Source of the DNA: an uncultured Methanosarcinaceae archaeon
GTDB lineage: Archaea > Halobacteriota > Methanosarcinia > Methanosarcinales > Methanosarcinaceae
DNA length: 64,000 nucleotides
Reading direction: 5' to 3'
Assembly (NCBI GenBank): GCA_963847185.1
Contig: CAWJYV010000004.1
Location: 96,001-160,000 of the forward strand
The stretch's first letter is position 1, and the number at the start of each line of letters is the position of its first letter. The notes below the pieces were generated by a model that was not told where the DNA came from, did not search any database, and saw only the letters and a program-made list of their open reading frames with translations. Shown one piece after another: positions 57,552 through 64,000 of the stretch. Both the position numbers and the translations under genes were made by a program.

Positions 57552-58217
57552 ATGGAAACTATGAAGTACAGTACCATTATTTTTGATTTTGACTACACAC
57601 TGGCAGATGCAACGAATGGTATTGTAACAAGTTTTAACCACGCTTTTAGCAAGCTGGAGATTGCTGAATGTGACATTGAAAGCATTAAAAAAACCATAGG
57701 GTTATCTCTGGATGAAGCGTTCGTGGAACTGGCAAAAAATGAAAATAAAATATTAATAGATCGCTTTAGGAGTTTGTTCAGAGAGAAGGCTGATGAGATT
57801 ATGTCAAAAAATACAGTGCTTTACGACGACACTATAAGTACATTAAAAAGATTAAAACTAAAAGGCTTCAATACGGGAATCGTAACTACAAAATATCATT
57901 ATAGGATTGTTGAGACATTAAGCACACATGGTGTTTTGGACTTAATAGATATTATTGTTGGGGGAGAAGATGTTAAAGTTCCAAAACCGTCCCCTGAAGG
58001 CTTGTTGCTCGCAATTGACAGTCTTAACTCACGACGAAATAATGTGCTATATATAGGAGATAGTCTGGTAGATGCTAAAACGGCTTTAGCAGCAAACGTT
58101 GATTTTGCAGCAGTAACTACGGGTGTAACAAAAGAAAGCGAGTTTTTACAGTATCCATATATAAAGATATTAAAGAATTTGTCAGAACTTTTTAACGACA
58201 AAAATATTTTTATTTAA
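57552..58217 (+). CDS. HAD-superfamily hydrolase (phosphoglycolate phosphatase-like)
   Basis: FDFDYTL, VTTK, KPSP, IGDS..D. Confidence 0.9.
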   Translation: METMKYSTIIFDFDYTLADATNGIVTSFNHAFSKLEIAECDIESIKKTIGLSLDEAFVELAKNENKILIDRFRSLFREKADEIMSKNTVLYDDTISTLKRLKLKGFNTGIVTTKYHYRIVETLSTHGVLDLIDIIVGGEDVKVPKPSPEGLLLAIDSLNSRRNNVLYIGDSLVDAKTALAANVDFAAVTTGVTKESEFLQYPYIKILKNLSELFNDKNIFI

Positions 58218-58386
58218 CTGCCTCTAAATTTTTGGTTACTTAGTTTTTATCTTAATCTTCGATTTCTAAGCAGTTTAGAAATTTCGGACTTCTGTTTTAC
58301 ATGATGTTTTACAGAGAAGACAGAAAATTTAGTTATATACTCAAGAAACTAAATATATTAGTAAAGTCATAACTTATTGGTTAATT

Positions 58387-58809
58387 ATGCCAGCTAGTGA
58401 CCCAGATATAGTTGTGTGTCCAAACCCAAATTGTGAATACTATCTTAAAATTGAAGGGAAATCTATCATAAAACGTGGGAAATACAGGACAGGACATCAG
58501 AGATACTGGTGCAAGAACTGTGGAAAGTTTTTTATGGAAACAATAGGCACCTCAATTTATCGTAAGCATCTGTCAAAGGATGAAATAAAGTTAATATGCA
58601 GGTTATTTCTTGAAAAAAACGGTATTCGCAGCATTGAAAGAATTACGGGACACCATAGGGATACAGTAAGCCGTTTATTAAATGATACTGTAAAAAATGA
58701 AAAGACAGAAGAATATCTGGAAAAACAAATCGGACTGACGGCTAATGAGTGTCAGAAATTATGGATAGTCCTGGAAAAAAAGAGAAGTACTAAACGAAAG
58801 TCATCTTAA
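58387..58809 (+). CDS. IS1 InsA-like Zn-ribbon/HTH protein without a DDE domain
   Basis: CPNPNC...QRYWCKNC...GIRSIERITGHHRDTV. Confidence 0.75.
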   Translation: MPASDPDIVVCPNPNCEYYLKIEGKSIIKRGKYRTGHQRYWCKNCGKFFMETIGTSIYRKHLSKDEIKLICRLFLEKNGIRSIERITGHHRDTVSRLLNDTVKNEKTEEYLEKQIGLTANECQKLWIVLEKKRSTKRKSS

Positions 58810-59714
58810 AAAAGGATACAATATTTTCTCCCAATATTAGTTTTTTGAATACCGGCACACGAGCATATATTATATGACACGCTTTACAATTATTCCTCAC
58901 AAATGTCTAAATATGTGCACATTATTATAAAAATGTCCTAATTTTTAAAGAGATGAATACTGAATCTATATTTGCAAAATATTTTTCTTTTCTCCCTTTA
59001 TGGGATAAATAATCAGCCTATAAGTTGAAACACATTAAGAACTTATTTCCCAGTTTAATTTTGGCCCTCAAGGGTGCTGAGCTTTATATTAAAGTTTTAA
59101 TATATTTATATATATATTAAATACGTGTTTAAATATGTAGTTTAATGTGTGAATTGTTAGAGACTTTGGACACAAAAATTATATTCACTTCTACTAGTAG
59201 TAACTTCTGGAGTTAAAAACGATATTAAAAAAGTAATTGAACTCTAACCTTAAATGGCTCAGACCCTGAAAGAGATAAATCTGCACAGTTTATGGATTGA
59301 TCATATGTGCAGATTTTATTCCTAAAAACAGTCAATTAGTCCTTCATAATTTGATATTCGTTACAGGATCCCAAAGTTTCCAAACTTCCTTTCTATCCAG
59401 TATTACAGATTTGGCTAGAATAAATTTTAGTCAGATAAAGTGCAAGCATTCGTTACTTTGGAAACTTTAACCATAAAAACTTCAATCAAATATTGGGGTA
59501 CTATAAGAATTTATCAAACCCACAAGTATCATATATAAGGACGAGACATAGACTTATTACATTTTGAAAAAATGAGACGCTTGTGAGCTTCTTACAAAAT
59601 TCTCAATTTGAGCAATCAATAGTTTCATACTTTCATACCTGACGGGCGCCTCGAAATCTTTAGTAAGCCGATTACAAAGTTTTGAATCTTGACTAAAAGA
59701 AAGGAGATAGAAGT

Positions 59715-60977
59715 ATGAGTAGAAATAATGGAGTGAAGGCAATATCCCTTCTATTGGGAATACTTCTTTGCCTTGCATTAATGCAGGGTGCATTCGCCAA
59801 ACAGGAAAAGTCTGACAAAGACGAAATAGAAAATGTCACAAACTCCGAACCGGAAAATTGCACTTACACGAAACATACTATAGATCCAAGTTACTATTCT
59901 GTGTACTTGATGGCCGGAAATAGCAAAACTTTTACTGTTAGTTTTACAAACGAAGGTAATAAAGCGCTTAATATCACACCGAAACTTGTAGATATCCCTT
60001 ACAGCAATGTCGGCTTGAATGAGAATTGGATTACTATCACTCCGGCATGCGTAAAGGTAAATCCGGGCACAGGGCAGGCTTTTGAAGTTAAAGTAAATAT
60101 CCCGGAAGACGAAAAAGCAGGGTACTATCAAACCTCCATAGTCTTTACCGATGATATTGCCCCATCAGTTGAAGGCTCCTTTGATCAATATATTAATGCA
60201 ATGAATCTTGATGTAAATGTCAGGGCTCATCCAAAGCTCGAGCTTCAGTCAAACTCAATCTCTGACACTCTGGAAGCCGGAAAAAAATATGAATATATAA
60301 TAAAAATGAAGAATGTGGCAGATGAAGATATTACCATTGATCCAGAACTAACTGAAAATGACTATTATGATTTGTATCGTGACTCTGAAAATTCTGATCT
60401 CAGTAGCGACATTATAGAGATCTCTGCACCTTCAACTATAAAAGCAGGTGAAGTAGCAAATATGACCATCCGAGTACCTGTCCCGGAAAGTACAACAGGA
60501 ACTTATGATGGATACGTTGAAATGAACGTTAATGGGGAAATAAATGACGGATCTGTTCCGCAAGTCAATTTATATTTCACAGTTGCTAAAAACCCTGCAG
60601 TTCCTTATGTTAAAACCTTTAGCACCACAACTACTGAGCCGATAACGATTGAAGTTTCAACTGACACTTACAACTCGGATATGGGGCTCCGCATCTCTCC
60701 TATAAGGGAAAAGCCATCCTTTGAACTGAGCCTGAAATGCAATTCCAGCCCTGTTAACCTTACACTTGAAAAGATACTGAACAGTGGTACTGTCTATACA
60801 GGAGGGTACTCGTATCCCGAATGGGCAATGGATGAAAGTACAACCTATCAGAATAGTGGCAACCACTATGTGGAAACTTATACTATCCCAGGAACAGTAG
60901 GTGATTGGGAACTTACAATTCTCCCGAAGAATACGGAATATTTTGGATATTCGATAACTTTTGGAGATTCACAATAA
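59715..60977 (+). CDS. secreted Ig-like (COG1470/NEW3-like) protein
   Basis: Signal peptide; acidic beta-rich repeated domains. Confidence 0.75.
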   Translation: MSRNNGVKAISLLLGILLCLALMQGAFAKQEKSDKDEIENVTNSEPENCTYTKHTIDPSYYSVYLMAGNSKTFTVSFTNEGNKALNITPKLVDIPYSNVGLNENWITITPACVKVNPGTGQAFEVKVNIPEDEKAGYYQTSIVFTDDIAPSVEGSFDQYINAMNLDVNVRAHPKLELQSNSISDTLEAGKKYEYIIKMKNVADEDITIDPELTENDYYDLYRDSENSDLSSDIIEISAPSTIKAGEVANMTIRVPVPESTTGTYDGYVEMNVNGEINDGSVPQVNLYFTVAKNPAVPYVKTFSTTTTEPITIEVSTDTYNSDMGLRISPIREKPSFELSLKCNSSPVNLTLEKILNSGTVYTGGYSYPEWAMDESTTYQNSGNHYVETYTIPGTVGDWELTILPKNTEYFGYSITFGDSQ

Positions 60978-61385
60978 AGGGCAGAGTCCGGAGTTAACGT
61001 AAAAAGTTAAATTGAGAATCTGGTAATGATTTAATGTCATTAAATGATTTAATGAATTGATAAGTGAAGAATTAAAGTGAAGAGCTAAAGTGAAAATGAT
61101 TTAAAGCTACGGATTCAGCATAATTATTTCTGATTTTAGCTCTTCTCATTTTTAATGATTTTTTAGTTCTCCACTTTCTTGTTTTTATTTTGTTTCTGTT
61201 TTTTCCTGTTATTCAGCTTTAAGAGCTAATCCTCCCGCATCCCCCTTTAGTTTCATCGGAATTTTTCAGATTATTCTCTTAACAGTGTATTTATTCGATC
61301 AGCAAGAAATATGTTTAACAGAATGCCTGGTTTATTTGACCAGGATAAATAATTTTGATGTTTCTTAGTAACAAGAGGTAATTGT

Positions 61386-62453
61386 ATGGATAGAAAACTG
61401 GTGTCAGGTATTATTTTATTTGTAATATTACTTGCAGCACTGCCTTTTTCAGCAGGAGCAACAGATAACGAAACTTACATTAAATATACGAGCTCTGGAA
61501 ACGCTTTTGGTGCGGGAGACAACCTTCAGATTGACCAGGATATTCAGGGAGATCTGGTGCTTGCAGGCTCTTTACTTGAGATAAATGGAAAGACTGGTGA
61601 CGATTTTATTGGTGCCGGCGGGGAGATAATTGTCAATGGTAACGTTTCAGGAAATGTTATTGTAGCTGGGGGTTCAGTAAAGATAAATGGCAATGTAGGC
61701 GGAGATGTAGCAACATTCGGAGGACAGATCTTCCTCTCCAGGGACAGCGTGGTTGAAGGGGACATCCTGCTGGGTGGAGGAGAAGTGACTCTTAACGGTA
61801 TCGTTAATGGAAACGGCTCAGTGTCAACAAGTACTCTTCGGACAGGAAATGATTTTAAACTTAAAGGAAACCTTGAACTCGAAGCAGAAAACTACCCTGC
61901 CAATCTGAAAGATAATGTAGGTGGGGATCTGAATATCACAAAAACAAACGTCAATGAAGACCAGTATGAAGGCGTTTCTAAAGGATTCGGTGTTTTCTCG
62001 TTTATAATTGGATTACTTGCAGCTCTTGTTCTTGGTTTTCTCCTGATCTATCTTTTCCCGGATTTTGTAAATGAAGTTGCAAAAATTGTAAAAGGTTCAG
62101 CATTTAAGGCAGTACTAGTTGGTTTTTTGATACTTGTTTTCCTCCCAATAATCTCAATAATCCTGCTTATTACCCTCTTCGGCTGGAGCCTTTCGGTTTT
62201 ACTCATCCTTTTCCTGGCAATTACCATTCTTATTGCTACAGTACCGGTAAAATTGCTTGCAGGAGAGGTTATTTATTACAAAATATTCAAAAAAGAAGCC
62301 GGAAAAATGGCTTATTATGCTCTTGGAACCCTTATGTTTGCACTTGCCTACGAAATACCTCTAATCGGAGGGTTTATACGCTTCATTGCATTACTTATTG
62401 GGTTAGGTGGAATAGTTGTCTGGATTGGAGAACACGCAAACCCAACAAGTTAA
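61386..62453 (+). CDS. bactofilin-like beta-helix membrane protein
   Basis: Signal peptide, repeated I.G.V.GD...GG units, C-terminal TM bundle. Confidence 0.8.
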   Translation: MDRKLVSGIILFVILLAALPFSAGATDNETYIKYTSSGNAFGAGDNLQIDQDIQGDLVLAGSLLEINGKTGDDFIGAGGEIIVNGNVSGNVIVAGGSVKINGNVGGDVATFGGQIFLSRDSVVEGDILLGGGEVTLNGIVNGNGSVSTSTLRTGNDFKLKGNLELEAENYPANLKDNVGGDLNITKTNVNEDQYEGVSKGFGVFSFIIGLLAALVLGFLLIYLFPDFVNEVAKIVKGSAFKAVLVGFLILVFLPIISIILLITLFGWSLSVLLILFLAITILIATVPVKLLAGEVIYYKIFKKEAGKMAYYALGTLMFALAYEIPLIGGFIRFIALLIGLGGIVVWIGEHANPTS

Positions 62454-62548
62454 CCGGGCTGATTTACAATATTTCTTTTTTAAGTTCTCTTTTTTAGCAA
62501 AAAGATATTTTGAAACTGAAGAAGACTTAAAAGAATTTAACGAAAATT

Positions 62549-63406
62549 TTAGGGAAGAACCTCTCCTCTATATTTTTCGATTCCCAATCTTTTAAGTAGA
62601 TCTCCAAATCTTTCTCCATCAAGGCCTTCTCTTCTGTAATAGTTCAGGCTTTTTTCCAGAATCGAAAATAGCTGCTCCCCGTTTGCAAGTTCAAGAAGTT
62701 TTATCCCGTGCTCTGGCTGGCGTCCTCCCCTGCCTCCGACAAAGATAGTACATCCGGTCTTTTCTGCTCTTAAAGCATCTTTTCTGCAGGCTGAAATACA
62801 GACTCCGCAAAGGATGCATTTTTCACTGTCTATTCTCACTCTATCGTCCTGGATTTTTATAGCTTCCATTTTACAGGCTTTTTCACAACGTCCGCAGCTA
62901 ACACAGTTTTCTTCAATAATTTCTGGTTTTGTTGTCCCCATGATTCCAAAATCATTGTCCTGAGGTCTTACACAAGCAGACGGACATCCACTTATTGCAA
63001 TTTTTAATTTTTTAGGGACTGCCTCTCCGAAATATTTCTCATCAATTCTACGTGCCAGTTTCTGGCAGTCAATTAACCCATATCTGCAAACAGTATCCCC
63101 CTGACAGGCAACTACGGCCCTTACCCGCTTTCCTGAAGAACCCTCGAAAATTCCCTGCTTTTCAAGCTCTGAACTTGCTTCTGCAGTCTTTTTAAGTTTA
63201 ACAAAAGGAATCTCAATCTGCTGCCTTGAGGTTATATGGATATATCCATAACCATATTTTTCGGCAGCATCCGCAATTTTTCGCAGTTCTTCTGAGCTCA
63301 CCCTGCCGCCTACGACTTTAAGGCGCATTGAAAACATGTCTTCCTGCTTTTGGGGCAGAAAGCCTCTGCTTTTGAGTGAAGACTGGTCAATTTTTTTCTC
63401 AGTCAT
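62549..63406 (-). CDS. siroheme nitrite/sulfite reductase-like protein with ferredoxin domain
   Basis: TSRQ, ACQG...C, KIAISGCPSAC, two CxxCxxCxxxC motifs. Confidence 0.88.
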   Translation of the reverse strand: MTEKKIDQSSLKSRGFLPQKQEDMFSMRLKVVGGRVSSEELRKIADAAEKYGYGYIHITSRQQIEIPFVKLKKTAEASSELEKQGIFEGSSGKRVRAVVACQGDTVCRYGLIDCQKLARRIDEKYFGEAVPKKLKIAISGCPSACVRPQDNDFGIMGTTKPEIIEENCVSCGRCEKACKMEAIKIQDDRVRIDSEKCILCGVCISACRKDALRAEKTGCTIFVGGRGGRQPEHGIKLLELANGEQLFSILEKSLNYYRREGLDGERFGDLLKRLGIEKYRGEVLP

Positions 63407-63577
63407 AGAAAGTCACTTCACTTCAAAGGCATAATTATTGATGTATATATAAATTATGACTGACTCTTACTTTCCGACTGAATCCGGTCTTCTGGCATTG
63501 TAACAAAATCAAGAAATGAATGAAGGAAATAGTTCGGGAAATAAAAAGATCTGAAGGGTTAGAAGAAAACAGAAAAA

Positions 63578-63916
63578 TCAGAGAAAAGAAAAAACATTCA
63601 ACTGAACAAGTACCATATAAAGCACCGTTCCACTAAAGATGCTAATCATAGCATTTCGCTTCCAGAAGTGCAGCCCTGCAACAACACCTATAGTAAACAG
63701 CTCCGGAATCCCGTATGGGGCTGAAAACCACCGTACGTCCTTTAAGCAATAAATTACAAGCAGCAGGAGAATCATCGGAGGCAGATTTTTTTCAATTGTA
63801 GAGAGCATTTCCGGAGGCTCTCTCGAGCCAAAACACATAAACGGAAGAGCTCTTGTTGCAAAGGTTGCAAGAGCTATAACTACTATTGTTACCAGCATAT
63901 GAAGAGTACCAAGCAT
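63578..63916 (-). CDS. azlD: branched-chain amino acid exporter small subunit AzlD
   Basis: TRALPF, LPP, PYGIPE, WKRN..SI..GT. Confidence 0.85.
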   Translation of the reverse strand: MLGTLHMLVTIVVIALATFATRALPFMCFGSREPPEMLSTIEKNLPPMILLLLVIYCLKDVRWFSAPYGIPELFTIGVVAGLHFWKRNAMISIFSGTVLYMVLVQLNVFSFL

Positions 63917-64000
63917 TATCTTTCCTCCCTTTCCTCAAAAGATTGTACAGCAGGCCGTAATGACGAAGTATTGGTTTTCCTGACTCCTTGCCTCAAACTC
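63916..64000 (-). CDS. 3' end of upstream gene (probably AzlC), partial
   Basis: Stop overlaps the azlD start (TAATG); identity inferred from position only. Confidence 0.4.
   Translation of the reverse strand, partial: SLRQGVRKTNTSSLRPAVQSFEEREER

Overview
This looks like a Methanosarcina-type (methanogenic archaeal) chromosomal window, judged from the gene content and repeat families. Core genes: 5-oxoprolinase, an MptE-like kinase, ileS, a complete bacterial-type N-ATPase (F-type) operon atpDCQRBEFAG, a KaiC-like/response-regulator/K+ channel cluster, site-2 protease, cutA, tRNA-Arg(TCG, with a BHB intron), tRNA-Leu(CAA), a siroheme sulfite/nitrite reductase-like gene and azlD. Accessory regions: IS630/IS21/IS5 remnants, ~130-bp MITEs, and a decayed island from tRNA-Leu to a broken tyrosine integrase (~40.5-52.9 kb). 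The most notable unannotated signals are: (1) three tiny Gly/Cys/Trp-rich peptide genes with C-terminal WW (10.7-12.2 kb; two are below the ORF-track cutoff, and the third reaches WW only through a 1-nt frameshift) in a hairpin-rich noncoding island, resembling heterocycloanthracin-type RiPP cores; (2) two solitary 37-bp CRISPR repeats with no cas genes, one forming a one-spacer mini-array beside tRNA-Arg; (3) three tandem RBS-led ORFs of exactly 25 codons; (4) helically phased TATCC arrays at an RHH/coiled-coil gene; (5) two genes with ACG where ATG is expected. Family assignments come from motif recognition only; no searches were run.
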